A stretch of DNA of 64,000 bases from Escherichia coli phage AZ21. The stretch lies in sequence record LC788708.1, one strand, 5' to 3'. The position numbers were made by a program, and so were the translations under genes. Position 1 is the stretch's first letter, and each line of letters starts with the position of its first letter. The notes under the pieces were generated by a model that was given only the letters and a program-made list of their open reading frames with translations, had not been told where the DNA came from and ran no database searches. This document shows positions 28,676 through 37,364 of the stretch, one piece after another.

Positions 28676-29104
28676 ATGAACAAAGTTGATAAAGCTCTAG
28701 TTTTCGCAGCAGCAGATAAGTTTGAACAAGTTAAGGCAACTTTCCGAACCTTGTTCCAGTCTTACGTTCAAGATAAGTCTAATCCTATCTCTGAACGTTT
28801 GATGGTCTGGGAATGCTACGCAACTGATGCCCTATTAATGGCATATTACAGGGGTGAGGCAGACGAAGAGATCGAAGAACTTTTTACTGAAGATACTCCA
28901 CGTTATCAGGCAGTTTATTTCCAAGACCTAGCTGAGCGCATCATTCCTGATGATCTTTGGAATAAATACTACGGTGATCCTGAAGATGAAGGAATGACTC
29001 CAGAAGCCTGTATTGAGCTGATCTGCAAAGATCATCCTGAAATTGCAGAGAAATTTGAAAAAGTTTTTGCTTCTGAGTTCTCCGGCGTTGTTAACGATTG
29101 GTAA
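28676..29104 (+). CDS. hypothetical acidic protein
   Basis: ORF with GAGAAGGAATC RBS. Confidence 0.5.
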   Translation: MNKVDKALVFAAADKFEQVKATFRTLFQSYVQDKSNPISERLMVWECYATDALLMAYYRGEADEEIEELFTEDTPRYQAVYFQDLAERIIPDDLWNKYYGDPEDEGMTPEACIELICKDHPEIAEKFEKVFASEFSGVVNDW

Positions 29105-29121
29105 GTAATTAAAAAATTCAG

Positions 29122-29150
29122 TTGCTTTAAGCCTTAAAATTCTGTATAAT
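29122..29150 (+). promoter_or_regulatory. T5-type early promoter
   Basis: TTGCTT-17-TATAAT. Confidence 0.65.
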
Positions 29151-29182
29151 AAGTTCATAAATTAATGAGAGAGGAAATTCTA

Positions 29183-29461
29183 ATGAAAAACATGACTAAA
29201 GACTTCGACGCCTCTAACCTTACCAAGACTGAAATGGCCAATGTATTAGCAATTCTCCTCGACATGCAAGGATTTGAGGGGCAACTGATGAAAATGTCTA
29301 TTCCAGCGATGAAGAAGATGTACGATTCCCTTAACAAGAACGCTATGGCCTTTAACTTAGCAAAACAAGAGGCGCGCTTTGCTAAGGAGCATCAAGCAGT
29401 GGCAGAACGCCGAGCAGCTAGCTTTGAGCGTGAAGTTAAGCAACTGAAAGGTAAGAAATAA
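29183..29461 (+). CDS. hypothetical protein
   Basis: Internal ATG of the 29165 track ORF after GAGAGAGG RBS. Confidence 0.45.
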   Translation: MKNMTKDFDASNLTKTEMANVLAILLDMQGFEGQLMKMSIPAMKKMYDSLNKNAMAFNLAKQEARFAKEHQAVAERRAASFEREVKQLKGKK

Positions 29462-29483
29462 GGACTAAGGGAGTATATAATTA

Positions 29484-29765
29484 ATGTTAATTGAAATTCT
29501 CATTGGATTGCTAGTGCTTATGACACTAGCAGCGATTGGTGGGGTTATTGGTATTGTAAGCATACGAAAAAACATGGAGAGTATGCTTATTACTAATAGT
29601 GGACTTCACTGCCGCTTAATAGAACAAGAACAAGATATTGAACTAGCACAAAGACGCTCGGATATTCTAAAAGAAAAATTAAACAATATTGAAGCAATAG
29701 CTGGGAATACAAAACTACCTAATAAAGTAATGCGTGCTCAGATAATTACGGAGATTAAAAAATGA
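29484..29765 (+). CDS. small membrane protein
   Basis: N-terminal TM. Confidence 0.45.
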   Translation: MLIEILIGLLVLMTLAAIGGVIGIVSIRKNMESMLITNSGLHCRLIEQEQDIELAQRRSDILKEKLNNIEAIAGNTKLPNKVMRAQIITEIKK

Positions 29766-30007
29766 TGATGTTTATTCTAGCGTTTTATCTAATTGTGGTT
29801 GGTGTACTGGTTACTAAATATCACACATGGACGCCAAAGAATGTTGTTAAGGTAGCCTTATTTGTTATTCCAGTTCCACTTATTATCTTTTCTATGTTAC
29901 TAGTGATGTTAGTTGGTAAAGTAACAAAAACCGATATTAAACGAATTGCGGATGAATTGCAACAGTCTTGTGATATGGTAGAGGATATTCTTAAAGATGA
30001 AGCTTAA
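29762..30007 (+). CDS. small membrane protein
   Basis: Two TM helices. Confidence 0.45.
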   Translation: MMMFILAFYLIVVGVLVTKYHTWTPKNVVKVALFVIPVPLIIFSMLLVMLVGKVTKTDIKRIADELQQSCDMVEDILKDEA

Positions 30008-30323
30008 TTTTAATGAATTAAATACCTTACATGAGATATTACAGTTTGTGAATAACAATATTAGTATTCCGGACGATACACTAGAAGTTCTCAGGATAAT
30101 TGAGAAAAAGGTAGGAATTGAAATTGAGGACTCTTGGAAACCACTTTCTGTATTAACACCACTTAATATGAAAGTGATAGTTAAAAATATCAATACTGGT
30201 GAAGAGTGTGAAATGATTCGTAAAGAACTAGCTGATAGCTATTCACCAAAGTCTGTAGTAATGTACCATGATGATACTGCTAAGACTCTACAGACAGCTA
30301 ATTACGTATGGCGTCTCCCATGA
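29997..30323 (+). CDS. hypothetical protein
   Basis: ORF. Confidence 0.45.
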   Translation: MKLNFNELNTLHEILQFVNNNISIPDDTLEVLRIIEKKVGIEIEDSWKPLSVLTPLNMKVIVKNINTGEECEMIRKELADSYSPKSVVMYHDDTAKTLQTANYVWRLP

Positions 30324-30422
30324 TTGATTTAGTACCAATTACTGCTGGGCTAATAGCACTATTAGTGCTTGCAGTTTTTATTATTGTGGAGCAGGCCAAA
30401 GTAATAAGGAGACTTAAAAACA

Positions 30423-30623
30423 ATGATAAAACGTCTTGTTTATCAGGCACCAAAGATTGTAACTGAGTATTTTGTATTACTGCCTCAGATTGTATTTCTA
30501 ACAGCATTATTTAATATACTTTTTCGGCATCTAGGAATAACGGAAAATATCTTCTACACTTCTGAACTACTTCCTTTTATGTACGAAGGCATCATCGTGG
30601 CAATTAACGGAGTTCGTAAATGA
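30423..30623 (+). CDS. small membrane protein
   Basis: TAAGGAGA RBS; antisense 30298-30507 ORF rejected. Confidence 0.45.
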   Translation: MIKRLVYQAPKIVTEYFVLLPQIVFLTALFNILFRHLGITENIFYTSELLPFMYEGIIVAINGVRK

Positions 30624-31081
30624 CAGCACTACAACAACTACAGAATTACTGGTTTGATAACCAATTTAACGATCTCTTCATCCAGTTGTTTGTCGAAACG
30701 AACGGACGCTTCAACTACCGATTCTTTAATAAGTTTCACGAAACAAAATTCTCGCATACAGAAATTAATGCAGCGATCCAAGACCTAACTGGTTCTAAAG
30801 TAATTCAGTATCGTGAAGTAGACTTTACACCAGATTGTTTTGGGTTTGAATTGTTTAAGAAAGCATATAAATTTGGTAAGTTTGAGGATGCTCGTCAATG
30901 GGTTCATGATTTCTGGTACAACACTGATATTGTTCCTAGTCGTGTGCTGATTCTTAACTGGATTGCTAAACAACATCCACCTAAAGCTCAATCGTCCTTC
31001 TTACCAACTGACACAGGAAACCTTTACCATGACAGAAAAGAAAAATCCATTGCTGGAGCAGATGAAGGAATGGGAGAGTAA
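30620..31081 (+). CDS. hypothetical protein
   Basis: ORF, coupled start. Confidence 0.45.
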   Translation: MTALQQLQNYWFDNQFNDLFIQLFVETNGRFNYRFFNKFHETKFSHTEINAAIQDLTGSKVIQYREVDFTPDCFGFELFKKAYKFGKFEDARQWVHDFWYNTDIVPSRVLILNWIAKQHPPKAQSSFLPTDTGNLYHDRKEKSIAGADEGMGE

Positions 31082-31400
31082 TATTGAATCTGGTCTGGTA
31101 GACGGAGAAGATATTGTTAACTCTATGCTAGAAGTAACAATAGATAATATAAATCCTATTTTGGCCAGTGAAACCTCAGATCTTATAGGACTTTCTAGTA
31201 CTTTCGATTCTTTGGCTAAATTAGCCTTAGATGACAAAGAGATAACCAAAGAAGATCTCGCCTCAGCTATGAATATGGCTATTAACGCTTACATTGGCAA
31301 ACGTACCGATGAACTCGACAAACAAATCAAAAAGCGTGATACAACACTAAATCTTATGGAAACGGCCACTATTTTAAGAAGTGGTAAACAACTTCATTAA
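31029..31400 (+). CDS. hypothetical protein
   Basis: Internal Met of the 30963 track ORF (MTEKKNPLL). Confidence 0.4.
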   Translation: MTEKKNPLLEQMKEWESNIESGLVDGEDIVNSMLEVTIDNINPILASETSDLIGLSSTFDSLAKLALDDKEITKEDLASAMNMAINAYIGKRTDELDKQIKKRDTTLNLMETATILRSGKQLH

Positions 31401-31433
31401 TTCTAGAGGCCGGGACTTGATTGTTCTGGCCTT

Positions 31434-31652
31434 TTGTGTTTCAAGGAATATAATATGAAAGCACTAGATAATTACTTAAAGGCTAAATATAGTCCTATAG
31501 AAGATCAATCTGCTGTAACTTGTGAAATAAGTCGAAATAATACAGTACGATTAGCTCAAAAAGGCGGAGGAACATCTGCTAATATTATTTGGCTATCCGA
31601 AGAACAAGCAAAAGACTTGTACCATAAACTAGACAAGTTATTTAATAAGTAG
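31434..31652 (+). CDS. small hypothetical protein
   Basis: ORF. Confidence 0.4.
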   Translation: MCFKEYNMKALDNYLKAKYSPIEDQSAVTCEISRNNTVRLAQKGGGTSANIIWLSEEQAKDLYHKLDKLFNK

Positions 31653-31653
31653 T

Positions 31654-32094
31654 ATGAGAGAAAAAGTAAATGAATTACTAATCGAGGAAGCTAACAACTT
31701 TCCAATAAATAGGTTTGTCAAATCTGATGGATCTATTAATAGAACTAAGATTAAGCAGCTACATCCCGACTTTCAACAAGAAGCACTAAACCTTATATTT
31801 ATCAAGAAAGCTGTTGCAGTTCATGGGGCTTTCTTTGGGTATGAGCGTGTAAATTACAAAACAATGCAACAGCAAGTCGAGATCTACTGTCCAGATCATG
31901 AAGGGTATTATTGGCAAACTGCTAGATCTCATTTAGAAGGGCATGGTTGTCGACTGTGTGCACACAAGGTTGTGCAGCGTGTCACGGATTATGGAACTTA
32001 TACCGTACCAGCATGTTATCATAAATTTGTAGTTGACGATAATCATATAGTTTGGTATAATAAGTTTTCAAAGTTAAGAATGGAGATAAAATAA
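31654..32094 (+). CDS. zinc-ribbon protein (CPDH...GCRLC)
   Basis: Same C..H..G.GC..C motif as N-terminus of the 49949 protein. Confidence 0.45.
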   Translation: MREKVNELLIEEANNFPINRFVKSDGSINRTKIKQLHPDFQQEALNLIFIKKAVAVHGAFFGYERVNYKTMQQQVEIYCPDHEGYYWQTARSHLEGHGCRLCAHKVVQRVTDYGTYTVPACYHKFVVDDNHIVWYNKFSKLRMEIK

Positions 32095-32279
32095 TGGAAA
32101 CTCTTTTTCTTTTAATGCTCGTAGGTTCTCTGTTACTAATACTAGCACTTCTACTAATCTGCAATATTCTTAACAACAAGAATCTAGAGCTAAAGTGTGA
32201 GAACCAAATCCTTAATCGTGAACTTAAACAATATAACATCGCAGCCCATAAACTGTTAGACAAACTGGAGAATAAATAA
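32094..32279 (+). CDS. small membrane protein
   Basis: Single TM. Confidence 0.4.
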   Translation: METLFLLMLVGSLLLILALLLICNILNNKNLELKCENQILNRELKQYNIAAHKLLDKLENK

Positions 32280-32884
32280 TGACTTTTAATACACAACAAT
32301 CTATTCAAGTAGTGCCAGATCATGAACTGAACACATGGGATTATAGCTTTAAAGATTTAACTGCTACTATACAATTTAAATCTATGAAGCTAACATTTGC
32401 ACACACTGATCTTAGAGCCTGTAAAGATCTTGAGGATAAGCTCGAAGATGCTCGTAAGATTTTTGGCAAGGCTCGCATCCCGGCTGATAATCTAATTAAC
32501 GCATTAATCGATGTAGGATACAAACTCGTGAAGACTGAGGTGAACCGCCCTAGTACTCCAGTGACTGTTAGAGATCCGTGGCAGCCAGGGACAATCTCAA
32601 TGCTAAATAAATCATCGGATATACACAATGTTCCATGCGGTGGTGTGGTAAGTAGTACGCAGTCATACAAGTTTGGTGAAGATTACGGCCCTTCTGTGCA
32701 GTTGAAACATACTCAAGAAGCTTTTGAATCTGATATGCGAAGCGTAGCACCTGTGGATGCTGGAGTTTCTAGGAGTTCTGTTTGTACTATTCATTTTAAT
32801 AATCCTAGTAAACATGGAAGTTTAGAGGATGCTATCCTTGAAGCGTTGGGAGCTGCTATTAATGAAGATAAAAGAGGTAGTTAA
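32279..32884 (+). CDS. hypothetical protein
   Basis: ORF. Confidence 0.45.
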   Translation: MTFNTQQSIQVVPDHELNTWDYSFKDLTATIQFKSMKLTFAHTDLRACKDLEDKLEDARKIFGKARIPADNLINALIDVGYKLVKTEVNRPSTPVTVRDPWQPGTISMLNKSSDIHNVPCGGVVSSTQSYKFGEDYGPSVQLKHTQEAFESDMRSVAPVDAGVSRSSVCTIHFNNPSKHGSLEDAILEALGAAINEDKRGS

Positions 32885-33774
32885 TGGGATTTTATAGTAA
32901 TAGAAAACCAAAAGGTGTAACTGGTAAATTCGCAGTTGAAGAAAGACCTTTTCCACCGGTCGATGTAGAGAAACTACGTGAACTTCTAGAAATGCTAGAA
33001 GGTTGCCATGAACGTTGTTATTCTGAACTCTCTTTAAATGAGAAACGTGTTGTTGAGATGTTCTGTATTCGTTCAGCTAGAACAGCTAAAGGTACTTCTC
33101 CAAAAGATGAAGTAAAAGAGTACAGAGTTCTAGTGATGCATGCTTGGGCACAACGTTTTGCAGTTCATTCGCTTCAGGAATGGTTTAATCTTCCAGCCTA
33201 TAAAGATTTTCATGTTTACGAAGATGAGGTTATGAATTATAATGAGTTGTATGGTTTGTCCTTCAAAAAGACAGGCTCACCGATGCATGATGCACTCAAT
33301 TCATTCCCTGATCATTACCTTCCAGTTCGTGAATATAGAGATCGTGAAGGAAATAAACCCTGCTTCACTATTTGGAATAAGTCTAAGACGATATCTGATC
33401 TAGATAATTATTGGTTTCGCACAAAAGAAGGATTCCTAGGAACAGAACCTTTACCTAAGGATCTCAAACCTATCCTTCCGCCTGCGAAACCTAAACATGA
33501 AGTAACGATTGCTATTAATAGAATAATTCTAGGAGCAGATGATCTTACTAAACAAATCGCCGCAGTTATCGCAGTTCTGTTTGACGGTACAAATTCTTCT
33601 GCACGTTATGAGAAGCTAACGGATAACAAATTGCAGATACCTAACGAGTTGTATGAGAGTTCGTGCAAGATCTATGATAACTTTAGTAAAGTAGATTACC
33701 CCGTGAGATCCATTAAAGAACTCATGGAGTATGCGGAGATGGGGATGAAAGGAAATCTCATGTTCGATGAATAA
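32884..33774 (+). CDS. hypothetical protein (last + strand ORF before repeat region)
   Basis: ORF. Confidence 0.5.
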   Translation: MGFYSNRKPKGVTGKFAVEERPFPPVDVEKLRELLEMLEGCHERCYSELSLNEKRVVEMFCIRSARTAKGTSPKDEVKEYRVLVMHAWAQRFAVHSLQEWFNLPAYKDFHVYEDEVMNYNELYGLSFKKTGSPMHDALNSFPDHYLPVREYRDREGNKPCFTIWNKSKTISDLDNYWFRTKEGFLGTEPLPKDLKPILPPAKPKHEVTIAINRIILGADDLTKQIAAVIAVLFDGTNSSARYEKLTDNKLQIPNELYESSCKIYDNFSKVDYPVRSIKELMEYAEMGMKGNLMFDE

Positions 33775-33781
33775 ACTCTAC

Positions 33782-33810
33782 TTGACGTTATGATTTCTGC
33801 ATGTTATAAT
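33782..33810 (+). promoter_or_regulatory. near-consensus sigma70 promoter TTGACG-17-TATAAT firing into non-coding repeat region
   Basis: No ORF for about 1.8 kb downstream. Confidence 0.55.
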
Positions 33811-34138
33811 AACTCTATGAAATAACATAGAATAAAGAGATCCACCCGGATACGGATGGTGGATGGGAAACTTCTATTTCCCCCGTAGCTTGTCGGAGGG
33901 CTAGGGAAATCTTAAGAAGTTTTGTACCATCTCACGCAATTCGTATCCCAGGGGTGGAGCATCTCTTCCAATCTTTGGGGATCTTATACTTAAATTAAAG
34001 GTAAAACTTTTGGTCACATAATTTACATTCAAGATGATACACTGGTTGCCGCCATTCTTCCTAGGATGGCACAACACTTTCTTCTAGACTCCTAAGTTTC
34101 TAGGAATACTAACTCTAGAGTTTACACTAAACTTTGAA

Positions 34139-34876
34139 TCGGATTCGCACATGCTCTAGGGCAGTTTTTCATCTACTATAAATATCCTAGGCCGGTTTTC
34201 CTATACAGGGCGGTTATGGGGAGGGCGGTTATTTCTAGACAATAAAATTTACTCTTGTCAGTCCAGAAATTACTGTCGGATTTGCACATTGTGTTTCTAG
34301 AAATTTATGGTCGGATTTGCACAATTGCCTAAGTTTTTAGGAACATATAATCTCCTGAAAATGGCAGCATTATTTCGGGCCGAAGGCCCATGATTGCCTG
34401 AGTTTTTTTAGAGACACAGAAATTTTCACTTGTCAAGCTATTTTGCCCCATTTTGCTAATAAAATTTTACTTTATCTCCCCTAATCTCAAATTAACCCAA
34501 ATCTTCTCAACTCTTCTCCAAAATCCCCGCAAATCAGGTGCTCCGCACCAAACATGCGCCCCTCCCGTAGTTCCCCCAAGTTTCTCTCGATCTCTCAACT
34601 TCTCCCCAAACTCATACAATCACACACCCTCCAATCGAAGTCACAAAAATCTTGTCGGATTCGCACAAATAAACCCATGTCGGATTTGCACATATTCTAG
34701 TTAATTCCACAGGATTGATGCGCAGCATCGGATTGCTGGAGTTTTTGGGAGAATTCATTGTCGGATTCGCACACTATAAAAATTTTTCGGGTCGGATTTG
34801 CACACTACCAAAAATTGTCGGATTCGCACATACACGCCCACGCGTAATCCATGGGGGCAAATGTCGGATTTGCACA
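34139..34876 (+). repeat. nine dispersed copies of 15-bp motif TGTCGGATT(T/C)GCACA
   Basis: Copies at 34139, 34274, 34309, 34653, 34678, 34759, 34789, 34816, 34862, all same orientation. Confidence 0.8.
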
Positions 34877-34903
34877 AAAGCGCAGGGCAATTGCCCTGCT
34901 TGC

Positions 34904-35078
34904 CTGAATGCGAATGATAATGAGAATCATTTGCATTTAAAAAGCGGAATGAGAATGATAATAATTCGCATTTAAGAATGGAAGTGAGAATTATTCAGGA
35001 AGTGAAACGATTCTCATTTAAAAAGTGAAACGATTCTCATTTAGAAAGTGAAACGCGAATGATAATGATTCGTATTTA
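34904..35078. promoter_or_regulatory. array of Fur-box-like AT-rich palindromes (GAATGATAATGAGAATCATT family)
   Basis: At least five overlapping units, incl. tandem AAGTGAAACGATTCTCATTTA x2; related copies at 35413, 35805, 39463. Confidence 0.5.
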
Positions 35079-35290
35079 AGAATGGAAGTGAGAAACACTA
35101 TTATTTAAGTTATCCACAGACTTATCAACAGCACGATTTGACTTGACAGAATCCTAGCCATTTTGAGGCGTTATCAACAGACTTATCAACAGCTTATCCT
35201 ACTGTATAAATATACAGTATTCCTATGCAGTGAATAATTCTAATATACAGCTAAAACGCTCTCAAACGCATTCTAACGCGTTTAATTTTG
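35076..35290. repeat. left arm of about 215-bp imperfect inverted repeat (contains DnaA boxes TTATCCACA / TTATCAACA)
   Basis: Hand alignment with reverse complement of 39121-39336 (shared AAGTGAGAARCACTATYATTTAAGTTATCCACA, CAGACTTATC, ACTGTATAAATATACAG, AAACGCATTCTAACG). Confidence 0.75.
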
Positions 35291-35585
35291 GTGGGGATAC
35301 TAAAACAAGGGCAAAATTGGAGGAGGCTTGAAAATTAGTTAGCTCGCTAATGATCACACACGGCGACACGTAACACCCTAACCATTAGCAGGCTAACCAT
35401 CGCGGGCGTGGTCAAATGAGAATGATTCTCATTTGTGGATTGGGGGCGCTTCCTGATAGTTGCGCCCCGTGATTATTATAGTAGGGGGCAACCGTTACGC
35501 TTTGCCCACTCCCGCCACTCATCTTGGTGCCTAGACTTGCGACGGCGTACTAAAAACCGCTTGTACCAGTGATTAAACCATCGTT

Positions 35586-35789
35586 TCATAAATCCTCCTC
35601 CGGTAGTCGATGCGTGATCTTTTCCTCCTCCCCATAGGAATCCACCAAATACTGATAATAACCATCGTGATCATAAATCACTTTATCATATTCCCCACGC
35701 TCGACCGCTTGCCGATTTTCCAACGTATCAGGCACAAAGAAAGTATCAACGGTAACAGTAGTTTTAGTTACAACAATTTTATCACTCAT
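35586..35789 (-). CDS. small acidic protein
   Basis: Fur-like palindrome overlaps its upstream region. Confidence 0.45.
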   Translation of the reverse strand: MSDKIVVTKTTVTVDTFFVPDTLENRQAVERGEYDKVIYDHDGYYQYLVDSYGEEEKITHRLPEEDL

Positions 35790-35915
35790 AATGCCATCGC
35801 CCCTAGAATGAGAATGATTATCAATATCATTGTGAAGCCATTACCAAATCGTAAACGCTGGGAATGTTTCCCAGCGGTATTATTAGACTTATGGCTTTGT
35901 GTTTTTCGCCACCAG

Positions 35916-36116
35916 CTATTCACGGTAGACGCTCCATCCGTCTAGCTTCCATTCTTCCCCCTTGCGAATATTGAAAAACCAATCATTAAAATTGTAACCA
36001 TCTTCTGACATGATCACGCCGTTTTCTTTCATGTACAAAAATTCATCACTAGTAAAATATTGATTACTAACTTTAAAACCTTGTTTCATTTTTTCTAGTG
36101 CTTCATCTTTAGTCAT
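35916..36116 (-). CDS. small hypothetical protein
   Basis: Start overlaps upstream stop (ATGA). Confidence 0.45.
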   Translation of the reverse strand: MTKDEALEKMKQGFKVSNQYFTSDEFLYMKENGVIMSEDGYNFNDWFFNIRKGEEWKLDGWSVYRE

Positions 36117-36457
36117 TGCGCCACCTTTCGAAACGCTGTTTCAATACTATCCGCAGTGGATTGAATATATGCGCCTTTGAGTATCAGCCGCTCGGTGCAT
36201 ATCTTGCGAAAAATATTAATAAAATCGTCCTCATTTTCTGCGATTAATGCCTCACCCATAACCTGAACGTCGCAAGATGCAAAGGTCAAAAATTGAAACG
36301 CTAGTTCACGGGCAACGACCGCATTGATTTTATAATGCGCCTTGCCTTCATAGATATTAATAACGCCCTTATAAGCTGGCGAAAGCTGATTTAAGTAGTT
36401 TGCTAATAATGCCGGACGGCAATTAGCAACAAAACGATTGCCCTCATAAATAACCAT
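36113..36457 (-). CDS. hypothetical protein
   Basis: GGGAG RBS. Confidence 0.5.
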   Translation of the reverse strand: MVIYEGNRFVANCRPALLANYLNQLSPAYKGVINIYEGKAHYKINAVVARELAFQFLTFASCDVQVMGEALIAENEDDFINIFRKICTERLILKGAYIQSTADSIETAFRKVAQ

Positions 36458-36584
36458 TTGATAGTCTCCCGATTAGATAGCCAGATAATAACATAAAGAT
36501 CCCCAATAAAAGAGGATCATTCTTAAATAAGGTGGCGGTAAAACCGCCAACCATTGCAAGGAGAATAACAATAATGCTTTTCAT
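36446..36584 (-). CDS. small membrane protein (about 46 aa, below track cutoff)
   Basis: Hydrophobic MKSIIVILLAMVGGFTATLF; stop overlaps next start. Confidence 0.3.
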
Positions 36585-36793
36585 AGTACCCCACGAAACG
36601 CAGCGTAAAAGGTGGCAAAGTGTTTAACTGTTTCAGCAATCACGTTGCCGCGCTTATCAAATTTCTTTTCTGTAACACGAAAGGCATTTTTATTACGTGC
36701 TACATATTCGATTTTACAATCTTCCCGCTCGAACGTGTTAACATCCACCAGCTTAAAGCCTTTCGAACGTGCAAGAGAAACGTTGCGGATCAT
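36581..36793 (-). CDS. small hypothetical protein
   Basis: AAAGGGGA RBS. Confidence 0.45.
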   Translation of the reverse strand: MIRNVSLARSKGFKLVDVNTFEREDCKIEYVARNKNAFRVTEKKFDKRGNVIAETVKHFATFYAAFRGVL

Positions 36794-36795
36794 TT

Positions 36796-36978
36796 TTATT
36801 CCCCTTTACTAGTCATGCAGCCCAGCAGATAAGAAAATACAGCGATGCCAGCACCAATAGTAACCATTGGTTTTATATTTACTAAACCGCAATAGGAATC
36901 CTGAATACCATAAGCGGTGGCGAAAAGAGTCAAAATAGCGCCCAAGATACCCGCTAAAATAGCTCGAAAAATAACCAT
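36796..36978 (-). CDS. small membrane protein
   Basis: Two TM helices; GAGGAG RBS. Confidence 0.45.
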   Translation of the reverse strand: MVIFRAILAGILGAILTLFATAYGIQDSYCGLVNIKPMVTIGAGIAVFSYLLGCMTSKGE

Positions 36979-37027
36979 TTGTAATACTCCTCTAGTTAGT
37001 GGGGCGAAAGTAACGCCCCGTTATTAA

Positions 37028-37258
37028 TTACATTAAAATAATTTTTGCCGCTTGTTTTTTGGTACAGTGTTCCGCTTTCAGGGTGTCCAGCAAAAAGCCC
37101 GCCGTTTGCTGATCGATTTTATCGGCATTATATAGTTCTTGGATGGTGTTATAAGTTTTAGCAATGCCGTATTCTTGTACCATTTCTTGAATAATCCAGC
37201 GATTTGATACCCAGCCTTTACCAGTGAAAAGAGCGTCAGAAGAAGAGTAAGCAACCAT
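37028..37258 (-). CDS. hypothetical protein
   Basis: Start moved to the Met with GGAGG RBS (MVAYSSS...). Confidence 0.45.
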   Translation of the reverse strand: MVAYSSSDALFTGKGWVSNRWIIQEMVQEYGIAKTYNTIQELYNADKIDQQTAGFLLDTLKAEHCTKKQAAKIILM

Positions 37259-37364
37259 TTTAAGCCTCCAAATTTTTGGGAAAATTTTCAACCGTCCTCA
37301 AACGGTGTAAAGGCATTATAACAAAAAAGGCCGCCATAAAAGGCGACCTTTACAAAACTTTACA

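Larger units (their letters stand above)
33815..35585. repeat. ORF-free repeat-rich region (candidate injection-stop / pre-early boundary locus of T5-like phages)
   Basis: No ORF of 60 codons or more on either strand; multiple repeat families, palindromes, CTAG-rich. Confidence 0.6.

Noticed and set aside
30298-30507. Minus-strand 69-aa ORF
   Set aside because: It is antisense to a plus-strand small membrane ORF that has a strong RBS (TAAGGAGA).
34139-34876. Possible CRISPR array (short repeated motif)
   Set aside because: Repeats are only 15 bp, irregularly spaced by 25-340 bp, with no regular spacer units and no cas genes.
34453-34975. Plus-strand ORFs 34453-34704 and 34715-34975 inside the repeat region
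   Set aside because: Their translation is driven by the repeat units and the G-poor tract, and they have no RBS. I judged them non-coding.
35610-35945. Plus-strand 111-aa ORF in the reversed cassette
   Set aside because: It is antisense to two minus-strand genes with good RBSs.
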